A stretch of DNA of 64,000 nt from assembly GCA_002633005.1 (NCBI GenBank), contig NMRA01000265.1, positions 62,001-126,000 on the forward strand, written 5' to 3'. The position numbers were made by a program, and so were the translations under genes. This document shows positions 39,700 through 52,526 of this stretch, piece by piece. The notes below the pieces were generated by a model. The model was given only the letters and a program-made list of their open reading frames with translations, searched no databases and was not told the DNA's origin. Every line of letters begins with the position of its first letter. Positions within the stretch are counted from its first letter, which is position 1. The stretch is from Phoronis australis. Lineage: Eukaryota; Animalia; Phoronida.

Positions 39700-40726
39700 T
39701 GTCAGCTCGATCCACCAGAACTAGTCAGACAGCGATGAAAACATTGTACCAAACGCAACTACCCATCTGGTCAGTCACGAGTGTTAAAATCCACGGCAAA
39801 AACATTAAAGAAACAATGAAGTGAGCCAGGTACACCAGCACACCAACATGGCGGATGGTCCAGTGTGAATGAATCTTGTGATGAATGAAACCAGGGATGA
39901 GAGAGAAAGAAGAACCATGAATGGAAGGCAGTCAGCACAAGAAGACTTGCAGCTATAGATATCCTGCAGCAACATGTACAGAAGTATTCAGGGGAACAAT
40001 AAGACACTCAATGACCAGAGGCAGCTCTCAATGGATAGCCTGTAATCACACAAGCCTGTTATGTAACCATTCCAAAGATACACCTTCAGACCTGTCATCT
40101 GCAACTGGCAACATAAAAGCTGGAATAGGGTACCATAGGAACCCAACAGTTGTCAAGTTGTAAATGACACGCGTTAGAGAAAATCCTTTTTGTGAAGCAG
40201 TTGTGACAAATGTACTTAACAGTTTTTACGTTTGACTTGTTTGTAAGAGAAATGTGACAAATAAATGAGATAATAACTTCGCTGAGTTTCGAAAATTGCA
40301 AGTCCAGTTATGCAAGTGAACACGATATTCGTGATTTATGACAGGAAGACATCTGAATACGAACTAGCCTTTGGAGACAATTTCTACAAATGAACATGAA
40401 CTTTTGTGGAAACTAATCCAGCTGTGTTATCAAAGTATTTGAAATACAACATCTGAAGAAGAATTCAGGCATAAGTACAGTCAGAATGAAGGAGATCTGA
40501 GCATTAGAATACACCTGAGACATGACAATACCATCCACTAATCCTTACACACCTTAATCCCTGGGATGGTGTGACAAGCCATTCAGGGACTGGACAAAAT
40601 GAAGGCCATGGGTTGAAAGTAACAGGTAGGGTTAGGCTATAAATAGACTTGGCACCTGGACAATGTTATGCAATGTGTGAGTACCTTGGGAAACTAGCAG
40701 CCAGCATTGAAGAGTGATCACAAGCG

Positions 40727-41174
40727 AGGTACCTAAACTATACGGTCAACCGACTCATAAACACGGGCACGGACGCATGAACACGACTCACGGACTTGCA
40801 AACGACCGTCCACTGACTCACAAACACGGGAATGGACTCACAAAACACGATCCATGCACCCAAATGCACGGGACATGGACTCATATTCACGAGGAAACAC
40901 GGTTAACGGACCCCCAAACACGGTTTACGGACAAATGAAGATGTCACCTGACCCAGAAAACCGACGAGTCTGTGACCCGTGTTTGGCGGTCCGTTAACCG
41001 TGTTTCCTCGTGAATACGAGTCCTGTGTACCCGTGTATTTGGGTGCGTGGATCATGTTTTGTGAGTCCGTTCCCGTGTTTGTGACTCAGTGGACGGTGTT
41101 TGCAGGTCCGTGAGTCGTGTTTATGTGTCCGTGCCTGTGTTTATGAGTCCGTTGAACGTGTAGTTTAGGTACCT
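40727..41174. mobile_element. Fold-back element with inverted arms of about 200 bp
   Basis: aggtacctaaacta...tagtttaggtacct. The arms pair along their whole length around a spacer of about 50 nt. Confidence 0.9.
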
Positions 41175-42205
41175 TGACAAGAGCGAGGACAATTCATTGA
41201 CTTTGAAGCAGTATTCCCATACACAGAATCTACCGTATATATATCTACTATAATGTTAATTCTTCACTTCTTCAGCATACAATATGGCAGATAAGTGAAA
41301 TCTTATTTTCTTAAATTACTTAAAAATCAAAATTGAGAATATAGTCTATAATTAACTTTGACTGGACTTAACAAATGCCATAAAACAGCATTTGGTGAAG
41401 TTGCCATTACATGCCAATGAAACTTAAAAAATTACCTTTTGGAAATTATTTTTAGTGAAATAAACGGAGAATTATGGTAACTTATAGTAAGAGTTGTAAA
41501 AACATCAGTACTTCTCTGACAACAAAAGAAAGAATGAGGCAGATGTTAACCACCACCAGCACTGTACACGGGATAAACAGATAAATGTATTTACCAGATT
41601 TAACCTAAAAACATCACCCAGTCATAGTTTAAGTTGAAATATATAACTCATTGTGTTCACTTCCTCAGTCACCTAAACAACTGACACTTTTTTCTATTTT
41701 AAGCCAAAAATGGGTCAAGCCACCAATTTAAAGGGTCAGTGAAAATAGATCGTCCAATAAAAACAAAACAATACTACCTAAATAAGTATGTTAAGAGGCT
41801 AATGTTGTCCAGAGGTGGCAAAGACCCAACAGATGGATCTGTTTGTAGAAATGTCCAGGGTTAATGTCCACGGTTTTTACACAAACAGTTCTTGTCCAGT
41901 GCTGCTTAGGTTTAAGTGAAAATCATAGTTTTTAGTAAGCATAATTGGAAACAAATCATAACCACAATGAATTTGTTCAATCAAGCAATGAACCCATTAT
42001 TAACATGGCACTTATATAAACATCTATGGATGAGGAAGGTTACGAATCTTAAAATTTAAAATTCAGAATCAAATGTTACTTAAGGTACTTTTTGTTCTGT
42101 TTTCAGAGTAACTTGAACATGTTTTCAGATTTGAATGTTTCAAGAACAGCTGAAATTTCATAAAGGAATTAAAGGCCCATAGAACAATGTGCCTGGTTTC
42201 CTATT

Positions 42206-42571
42206 AGTGCCGTTTACACTTACAAAGTTGGCACGGATCAGCTGACACGGAATTTTTGCCACCCGTTTGTGTCGGGTAGAGTAATTTGCATCCGAACATC
42301 TTGCGCCGTGTCAATTATAAGTCTAAACGCGAAACTGGAGTAAGGCGGAAAGGATCATCTCTACTGCGCTTGTGCAATGACCTATGTACAGGTTCTTTGT
42401 CTCAGCAACTCTCGTCATTTGTAAACCTGCGCATGTGCGATCCAGTCTTTCCAGCCTTTAATTTCCGTCTTGCCACGGTTAGTGAGTTGTGTGTGTAAAC
42501 GGCCGCTTGACACGGGTCAATTTGCTCCGTGTCAGTTGCGCTGGGCCAAAAGTTGATGTCTAAACGGGACT
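42206..42571. mobile_element. MITE with PIF/Harbinger-like termini
   Basis: agtgccgtttacac ... gtctaaacgggact imperfect TIR, plus ctgacacgga/tccgtgtcag. Flanked by ctatt on both sides. Confidence 0.7.
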
Positions 42572-44830
42572 CTATTGGACACACTGCTGAGCCAAATACA
42601 ACGTCAACTTTCATATCTTAAAAAGTTCACTGTGGCCTACTGAAGTTCTGTATCTGAGTTTCACAGAATAATACTGCAAAACTATCGAGTTATTGAAAAA
42701 ATCCAACGGATCTAAGAAAATTAACTGAATTTCATCGTAGTCATTACAGTGATCTCATGGCTTGACAGACAGTTGCTATTCCCTGTAGGAGTGCACCTAG
42801 CTGTGATGCGTACGTACAACATCTGCATAGTATACGCAGAATGCATACCTATAGTAGATACCCAAATCGGTTTTACCTTCTCAACCAAATATTTATACAT
42901 TCCATGGGTTCGGCTCAGCAAATAGGAGTGCTGACTAACAGAACCATAGCCACGGCTGCGCAAGTCTGGTGAAGCTTGGATTACCAGAATATTCACTGGG
43001 CTTTCAATGACAGAAGCTCTCAAACAGAGACTAAGTCAACAGAGCTAGATTTGGACTGAGGGTAGTACCAGTGTATACACCTGCCTTCCTGTGGCCTTCC
43101 TTAGTCAGAATGAATGAGTGACTACTGTCTCCAACAATCACAACACCATCTTGTTGGCCAATGAAAATGTACAATGTTTGGTTATACACACATGTTGTAG
43201 ATAATTGAAACTTAAACAGAACAAGTGATGAAAAGTAACCAACAAGTTACATCACAAGCTTTCACGCCCACTTCCATTGTTTCCAGCTTACCATTCAATC
43301 CAAACAGAGACCATCCAGTCTCTGTGGGGGAGCTGGACTACAAAACCCATTCATAAAATCACACAAGTTTGTAAACATAGGGTAAACACTACAGCTAACT
43401 CTGATTCATAGCTCCACCAAAAGGAGTTCCACAAGTCTCCCGGACCAATTTGTGAACACTGATTTCGCTTCTGTATTTCTTTCTCCTACGACATTCTGAT
43501 CTAAAAGATAGCATAGGGACAATCACAGCGACAGTCTGTAGAAAACCTACACACAATTATTAGATGACCAACTCCTATATGAAGCAGCTATTAGGATCCA
43601 GTCCACTGTAAATACACTCATTCTAGGTCTAGCCTAGGTGATCGGCATTTTGATAAATCTCAGAGTGTGCTTGAATAGAAAGAAAAACACAGTAAAAACT
43701 GTTCCCGAATTATAAAGGACGGGGAGAGAGGGATAACAAATCAAGCCAATAATATCACAGAGCAGGAAAATGCATGAATGTTATCGGTCAACCAGTGTGA
43801 AATGCACATTTGAATAATCTTCGGCACACTGTCTCCAATGCCTTTGAAATTTGAGATTTCACCGACTGTGACACAGTTATGATTCATGTAGGGGATATGT
43901 TATGAATGACAACTGTTATGTAAATCCTAACAAAAATAATGTGGTGAGGTTACCATAGTAACTTCCAATGGCATCTTGGTGTTATTTGGTGGATTCTGGT
44001 TTTACAGACCACCCTGAAACACATTTGTTACTAAGTGTTCACTTTCAACATTGGAAATTTGTAATATATAATTCATAGGGCATGTTCTCGATTTTGAAAC
44101 AAAAGGACACATTTGAGGGTTAAGACATCTAAATCAATCACCATCAGAAAAAAATCCACACACATACTTTTTGCTGTAGAATGATAAAAAAGATTGAAAC
44201 AACAAAACTTGCACACTTGAGCTTATTTATTTAGAAGAAGTGTTTACCATTCTTCAGGTCATTGTATGATACACTCAGAACACAGCAAAACATTGGAAAG
44301 ACCACTGTTAAGTATTAGCTTTTTTGGAAAGCTGGTCCTGACGGTTGATAAGACAAGTGCTGGGAATGCCGGAGGCTGTTTCTCAACACTTGTTCCATAA
44401 TAGCTGCAACAGTGGCAGAGCCCAGCTGCATGCAGGCTAAAAAGCCAGCCTGCAGATAATAACAAAGTCTATAAACAATTAAAACCAAGAAGACACTAAT
44501 AATAGGCGTGCATCTGGAGAACATGGGAACGTTGGTGGATGCTTGTTTTCAAAAATATTTATTGGCTTCCCTATCTGAAAGCAGTGCTCAAGCTTTTGGC
44601 AACGGTGTTAAGTTCACCGTTTTGCAAAGCAAATTCAACGAAAAATGAAACGCTATGAGGGATTCCAAGAATGTTGTTGAAGGCAACACCCTGGAGTGAG
44701 AGCACTGTTGATGTCAGCATATCCCATTGTTGAAACACATGAATGATAGTAAAATACCTGCAATAGATTAATAACACTATATCTCCCTAGTAACAAAACC
44801 TCAAGTAAAAAATAACGAACCATGATTTAC

Positions 44831-44861
44831 CTCCAGCATTTTGGGTCTTGAAATGGACTTT
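44831..44861 (-). CDS. Candidate 31-nt micro-exon carrying a start codon (5'UTR plus MLE)
   Basis: Acceptor tcttttcag|, aaaATG CTG GAG|gtaaat; phase 0. Confidence 0.3.
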
Positions 44862-46041
44862 CTGAAAAGAGGCTGTAATAACCGACAACAAGTCATGGGA
44901 TGAGTACAATGCATTATGGGCAACGGAACTTCAAACAAAATAGTTTCGCATGTAATTTACGACCATGCACATGAAATGAATTGGGTTTATCAAAATCCCA
45001 TAAAAAATGAAAAACGGGTCACTTTGTCACACAAAGATCCAGGCTGAGACAGGCCAACAAAGAGAGGATTATCAAACCAAATTTACCTAACCACCAGTAG
45101 CAGGATTCAGGGGCATTATTTTTTTACAAATGCACCAGATTTTTTTTCTCATCTAAAAATACAGTAAACCTCACCAACCTACTGAAATTTCAATTTCTCA
45201 TTTTCCATGAAACCCATGTACCGTAGTACGAAATTAATCCTTTACCATTTTCAAGTTCTGCATAGTCGATACCACAAAACAAAATTTTGAATGTTATAAC
45301 CCCTCGCAATTTGAAAAAGGAATAATTCTGGCAGTTGTTTTTCTTCAAAATTTTTGGAATTTTACTGCAAAACAGATAACAGACAAATCTCTGTTCCTAG
45401 CCTAGAGAGGGCAGCATTGCTAAGAACATGAATAACAAAAATTAATAATTAAGTTCAAGTTTCAAAAGAAATTGCAGACGCAATAGTTTATTATTACGTC
45501 TGGACAGCATAAAATCTATAAAACAGTATCAGTACACCCACAAACAAGAGATTATATTCTAAACTTTTCCAATCACTTTGATGTATAGAATTAGACATAA
45601 AATTAATTTTCATACTACACAGCTGCAGAACTGAACAAATGGACTTTTGTTCAAGTTTGATACCCTAAAATAAACTAACCACAAATATATCAGCAGTTAA
45701 ATCAGCCCAGATTAATATGAGGACATCATGAAATCCTGTCTCGTGACAACACAAATTATTGTTTTGCTAACATTTACTTTTAACCATCTATGATAAATTT
45801 TACATACTAAGACTCAAACCCAGCCAATCTTTAAATTGAATTCATCAGCTTCATATGCCAATTCTAACCTTGCAGATTCCAGTGTCTCTTCACATGAAGC
45901 AAGAACAGCACAAGTGGTCCGTATGCTATTTCAAACAGCTGACTCAGACACCAAAGTCTACACGTGCAGAGCGAACACTAAAAAGTAATGCCACACACCT
46001 CACACTGATGGCGACCTTAACAAGATACTCTCGCATGAGAT

Positions 46042-46106
46042 ACAATGGGATGAACAACTAAGAACGAGAAACTAACAATGGGATGAACAACTAAGAATGA
46101 GAAACT
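46042..46106. repeat. 33-bp tandem duplication
   Basis: acaatgggatgaacaactaagaa(c/t)gagaaact, two copies. Confidence 0.9.
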
Positions 46107-49100
46107 GATCAAGTTTTGTCTGCATCACTGTTCCCTGTGTGTCTCCAACACAGTTGTAGATAACATATCTCTCGTGTTTTATCCAGCAGCATTGAATCAA
46201 TTTTCGGCATATAAACTTCCCTGCATGTTGCGGCAATTCTTTACTTGTTTAGCGCACAGTATGGCTGACAAGTGAAATTCTACTTTGTAATTTTTTCCAC
46301 TAAAATAAAGATTAAGAAAATTTTAGTCTAACACTAGCATGTTTTGTACTGAGTGAATGGCATAACACAACTTTTGGTAAGACTGTATATTTCTGGGTTC
46401 CATTTAAATGAAGGTAATATTAAATAAAAATCCTCTTGAAACTAAAAAGCCGAATTCCCCATGTTGTTTTTACTATTTTATCCACAACGCAAGAGGGGAC
46501 ACCTGGCGGTGAACCAAGTCTGAGATATGGACGAAATGGCTGTACACAGACAACCTCAAGGTAAGGCTTTTTAGTTCCAAAATATTATCAACTTTTGGTA
46601 AATTTCCATTGTTTTTCTAAAGTGATCAGCCTTTGAAAAATTTAAAATGACACTTTTGGCAAAAATTTTTGTACGGAATAAGAGAATTACTGTTCTCATA
46701 ATGAGCACAAAATAGTGATGGGAAAGTGGAATATGTTCAGTTCACTTTCTTTGTTAAAAATAAACATTATGAAGAATCATCAGATTAGTGGAACTGTTTT
46801 TGAGGTATGAAGCTATTGCGGATATTGTATAGGATTAAATTTTCGGATTATGGAGAAATTACGAGTCTAAAGAAATTCCTGTTGAGCACAATAAATGAAT
46901 TACGGTAGAGTAGAAATAAATTTTTACACAGAGAGTTAAGAAATAATAACGACTGTTGGTAAATTGGCAAATTTCAAGATTTCAAACGGAGTGTTGTAAT
47001 ATTCTGCTGACTGGAGATGACACCACGGCATTGACTGTTCCATGGATTTGGGAGGTGCCGGGGAAACTATCAAATGTTGCTTAGGCACCCATCAAGCTCT
47101 CCCTACACTCACCTAGTTTATGGTGTGGCACTGACAACATACTGGCAGGTTCTGATCAATTTTGGCATAATTCATGCAAAATTAAGGGTCATGACCTTTA
47201 CACATTGCTCAAATCCAGCCACCTTATATATAGACCTCATATGGTAGACAAATATTATCCTAATGATTATTATAAATGCTACCTGAAACCTCGGTTACCA
47301 CACAAAACATCGCCAACAGACTGTGATCTGGGGCCTTGGCCTAGAATGAATGAACTACCAAACCACATGGACTGATCAGCAAGCCTTCCCATTCCTACAA
47401 TAGCCACCACCACCATCAGCCCTGTACTGGACAGCAGGATGAGTTGACAAGAAGCAAAACTCACATATTTGTTCCACTCCACTTCACAATATTCCCACAA
47501 CCATTCCTTGAGGTCTGCGGTCTCCATTACCACAGGGGAGACCGCCCAGCTATTAACTATCTAAACTGGATCCAGGTTTCTTCATGAGCATCTGATTGAC
47601 CAAGTTTTTGTGGACATTTCTAACTTGGTCCGGCCAAACAATACAGAGGGGTGGACAGGAAGTTCATTCCTTGTGAAGTTGACCATAAGTCAAGTGTTGC
47701 ACACTGAGGCCCATGTCTAACAGACACTAATCCATTATGTTAATCCTATCAATAAAAGAATCTGTCAAAACGTGAATGCAGAAAGAAGACAAATTGCTTT
47801 ATTTTCACCCCCCCCTCCCAAAGAAATGTGGGAATTCGATACTGATAATCTTTAATGTACACACCATCTCAGCACAAGTTCCTCACAAGCCTTCTGAAGA
47901 TGGCCAAGAGATGATCACCTTCACAAGAAGGAGTGATTACATTGAAGTAGAACCATTGTGCCTGACCAAAAACAAACAGGACACAATAGCAGGAGGTTCC
48001 CTAGCTTTCTGCAGGATTCCTATCACCAGGTGAAAAAATGTAGTGGGAGGATATCTGCGGCTTGTGTGTAATGTTAAAGTATAACAATCCTGGTACTTCA
48101 CCACCTTCTACTAAGTTTCGTGTTGGTCACTGTCAGAAGAAAGTGGGGAGAGGTGGTACTCCCCTAATTTGAACGAGGCCTGCACAGAACAAATGTGAAA
48201 TATCCATCACTAACAACATGTGATCAAACTGCGATTTGGGAACTTTTGATCCCATCAATTGTTACGATTATTGGAGAAGTGCGACCGCAAGTGAATTTCT
48301 AATTTAGAATGGCAGAACCTTGGAATATCAGAATGACCTGAGGCTTATAAGATATATGAACCTTTGACTATGCAGGTCCTTCATTAAATAACCAGCATCA
48401 TGTACTGATGAGGACATACATTTTTGAATAATTATGAACATGGATAAATACCAATTTTCATACGTTGAATCAAAAAGCATGAATTTTACAGGTCACAGAA
48501 TCCTAAGGAATAAATTCAGTGCTATTTACATTTTCTAATCATGAAGTAGGAACACAAAATGTCAACTACACATTTGTTCCGAGATGCAAAATAGATTAAA
48601 AATGAATAGTAAACTCCGCCCTCATCAAACTTGTAATCTGATGTTCTGATCATGTTGTATACCTATTAAAATATACTTAGCAAGAAACGGGTATGTTGTC
48701 ACTTAAAACACATTGAAACAGCTGGGTATGGTTATATCATATCTAGTTAATGCCAGGACATAATTGCAGTGTGCTTAAAATGACATAGATTTCAAATTCC
48801 TCCAAAACAGCTCCCAGGCGAAACTCCAGGGTCTGAGAGCACTGAACTTTTGATGAGATCTTGGCCCATCACGTGGCCTGTTTAAAGTGAACTTATAAAC
48901 GATATGATTGGCTTATTTGCAAGTCGAAACTCGAGTCACTGGCCTTGAAGTTCAATGAAATTTTGCTGGTTTGTAGTAAAACTCAAGTTAAAAATTTATA
49001 TCTTCCTCCCTTTATTGTCGGCAATTATTTTTCTGTAATGACTAACTTGGATATATTTCAAGCTAACACAATGCCTTGCAATGTACATTTCATAAGCTAT

Positions 49101-52100
49101 ACCAGGCAACAGGTGTCATGAACAATAACTCGAATGTGAGGCAAAGGTGAGAAGGCTAACAGCAGATTGTATAACATCTGAAAACAAAGCCCAGGGGACA
49201 AATTGTATGATGCACCTGTACAAAGGATAGAACCCCAAGTCGGTGAATCGCTTGGTTTGTTTTGAAATGGAAGGAAATGGTTTTAACTGACAACTTTGGC
49301 CGCGGGGCCCTTTGGTCAACCACGAGTCAATGGTTTGCAAGCTGTAGACTATTTTTGGCAAAGACCACAAACAACAAAAGACCAATCGTCCTCACTAGCA
49401 GCAAATTAGCAGCTGTAAGAAAAAATTACAAAAAACACATTTCCCTTTCTTAAATTTTAGGTGATAATGACCTTTTTAGACAAACATGGTGAATTAGATG
49501 CTCTCATTATTGTTGCAGGCTAAGTAAGCAGAGTAGTCTTTATTCAAAGGACCAACGTTCAATTGACTTGGTCATGTTACAGTCACCAGCTCCAGGGCTA
49601 TAGAACTAAACTGACAGGTAGTTGCTTCACCTTAAATAAAGGCTTGCTTCTTATTAGTTAACAATGTGGTTTATCTTATGACCCAATAAAATTGTCACAA
49701 TACCTGAGGCAGATGTCGTTAAGTTTTCTGGTCAGCTTTACTCAGAAATCACAATACGGAAAAGCAAATTTCACATTCTTACCAGCCATAGACCCCAGAT
49801 GTGATGGTTTGAGTCCTCTGAAATTAAGTCTTCCATGGCTGCATCCATGTCCAAGAGGCCTCCACCACAAAGTACGCAACATAAATACTGTTCATGTATT
49901 AGTCATTCTTCTCTACCGCGACATACGATCAATCAAGTTAATCCAATTAAATTTTAAGCATCAAAAAACAACAGGTACTGACAGATTCTGAACGAGACAG
50001 TTGTGTTGACTACAGGTTTACAGCTAGAACGTTCGCCCTCATTGCGAATGTTTTCAGTGACTATGTACTGGCCTCTCAGTTTACAGTATTTGTCAAACGC
50101 CAACAAAGGAGTTCTTTGACATTGGACAATCGAGAATAGAAAACATACAAGACACACTCTTCAGATCTATGGACAATGAGCACGGAAATGAATAATACGA
50201 TCGCTCAGCTCGACCCATCGCAATCAATACCGCATACGGTACTACAGGTGGTAGGCAATTACACGCAGCCCTAACTACACATCATTCATGGCCAGATAAC
50301 CCCAACCACAACTAGTCCTATTTGATGGTTGATGGACATGCTTTGATTGAGAAGAGAAAACATAAGAACAAGCCCCTACAACAGACACAATAGCTATATT
50401 GATGTTTTTCTAAGGGCAGGAACATCTTAACAGGTGGCTAGGTAAACAGTAATGTGGGCTGGAGGAGAAGCATGTGACAGAGGGGTGCCACCCCATATCC
50501 TGCCCCATAGAGATCGCTTTGTAACACACTGATTGGTCATTACGCAATTTATGTACACAGTAAAATAAACTGACCCATTTGTACGCTGGTCATTCATGAC
50601 GCTGACCTGGTTTTTCGCTGAATTTTTTGAATGACACAGGCTGAACATAAAGGCAATACAAAAATCAACACCACATCTGACATTAACACCTACGTAACAC
50701 AATTCAGTCATGTTGTCAACAAAGTAGTCAACAGAATATCTCGAAGGAATAGCTTCATAGGAAAACATATTCAGGAGAAATCCAAGTCTATCATATAAAA
50801 TGTTTATTTTGAAGACAAAACTGGTAATTGACTGAGGTTTTTGCAAAATATCTAGCCAATAGTATGATGTCATCCTCGGGGAATTTAGAAAGAAGAAAAT
50901 TTGAAGCACACCTGAACACATCTCCAAATGTCAGTTTCCTACACATGTGCATATTTACAAACAAAACAAGACATAGGAACGGTGAGAACTAAAAAATAAA
51001 AGAATTCATACACAAAAATTCAAGACCTCCCAGAATTTTAACAAAGGAAGCTTAAATGAGGGGGTGTGAGAACATGGATTTCTCTATACAATTAGACATA
51101 ATGTAGCTGATTCACTAATGAGAAAGTTAACAATAGACCAAATTCCACAGGGCCTATATAATATTCTTCACATCATACGCGTCAACCTGTTCCATTTTTA
51201 CAGCTCAAATTAGTTTTGCTGTCTAAATTAAGGCCGTACATTCACAAGATACATATGATTGGTGAAGAACAGTTGTTCCTGGCCATGTGCCAGTTGTTCT
51301 CCCGTGAACAACATACTATTCAGATTACATACAAGCAGTAATTAACAATCGCAGGTGAAATGTATTAAAACCAAGTGAATCCTATAAGAACATGGCCAAT
51401 CATTCTTACTTGGTTGGCATAGAAGTGAGCGGTCCATAGAATACGTTCGTAATCCGACATCAGAAAAACTCTGTGTCTATCCATGTCCTTGCTGGACAGT
51501 CAACAAACCCATGCAGAACACTTCAAAAGGCCATCACAGCCTTGAATCCACCGTCACTCTTGAGAAGGGAATCTTTCCAAAAATGCCAAGCAACACTTCT
51601 ACATTATTCATAAAACACCATGACAGTTGCCTGTCATGAACCGGCAGGTAGAAGACCTTTGCTTACAACTATACACAGGGCGCAGCAGCGCTTGCCTAAC
51701 AAAGCTTTGTTATCATGGAGGCAAGTCCTCATTACAAGGCTTTATGTTGGTAGGAAGTCTGTTTTTGTAACTGAAGCTGTTACACAATATCATGGATATA
51801 ATGTAATAATGGTGAATCTGACATGATGGTCTACACACAATCAATAAAGTAGTGATCAGCCTGGAATCACCTCAAAGTGACTGTTCACCAAAGGTCACAC
51901 CGGTGATACAAGGTAACAGACTCAAAACAAAATCAATAGAAATGCTTTGTCTATGTAACATTTACAATTAGTAACGCAAAATGCAACATTTCATTGTGTT
52001 AGAATGTGGTTCTCAAAATATTGTAAACAACAGCGACGGCTCATTTAATTTTCAAAACTGTGCTAGAAGTACAGTTCAACCCTCAAAATATCTAGTACCA

Positions 52101-52433
52101 TGCAGAATTTCCCAGGTCCCAGATACCATGGCAAGCCGCGTGGAACCATGTGATTCTACGGTAACGTCATAGCAACGTGTGCATGTTGAATGTAGGTGAA
52201 AACGTAATTAACGAAGCGTAGACAATCACTTGACCATCAGGCATACAATCAAAGATATAGAGCATTAGCCAATGAAGCATAAGTAATCACCAGACCATCA
52301 AGGGTAGATAAGAAGAGGATCCCTAGTCTGACAGATGCGGGTGATTAAGAACAGTTTGAGCCGGCAAGGTTCTCTGTGGTACTGACATGCGAAGAGGCGT
52401 TAGTGTAATCTGTATAACATGTAACACACATAC

Positions 52434-52526
52434 CTTGGGCACAAATGATCGCGGCCTCATTCTTGTCAAGTTGGTGTCAGGGCTAGCGTGCAAGTAACTC
52501 ATGGCAGAGACATCAAGAACTTTCAT
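52434..52526 (-). CDS. Candidate alternative first coding exon (MKVLDVSAMSYLHASPDTNLTRMRPRSFVPK)
   Basis: ATG (and a second gccATG) in frame with AAG|gtatgt donor; phase 0. Confidence 0.5.

Noticed and set aside
45246-45263. MQNLKM|gtaaag phase-0 mini-exon
   Set aside because: Too short and the donor too weak to distinguish from chance.
50427-50927. 166-aa minus-strand ORF
   Set aside because: Non-ATG start, F/Y/I/V-rich composition typical of AT-rich noncoding DNA, no domain and no convincing splice sites.
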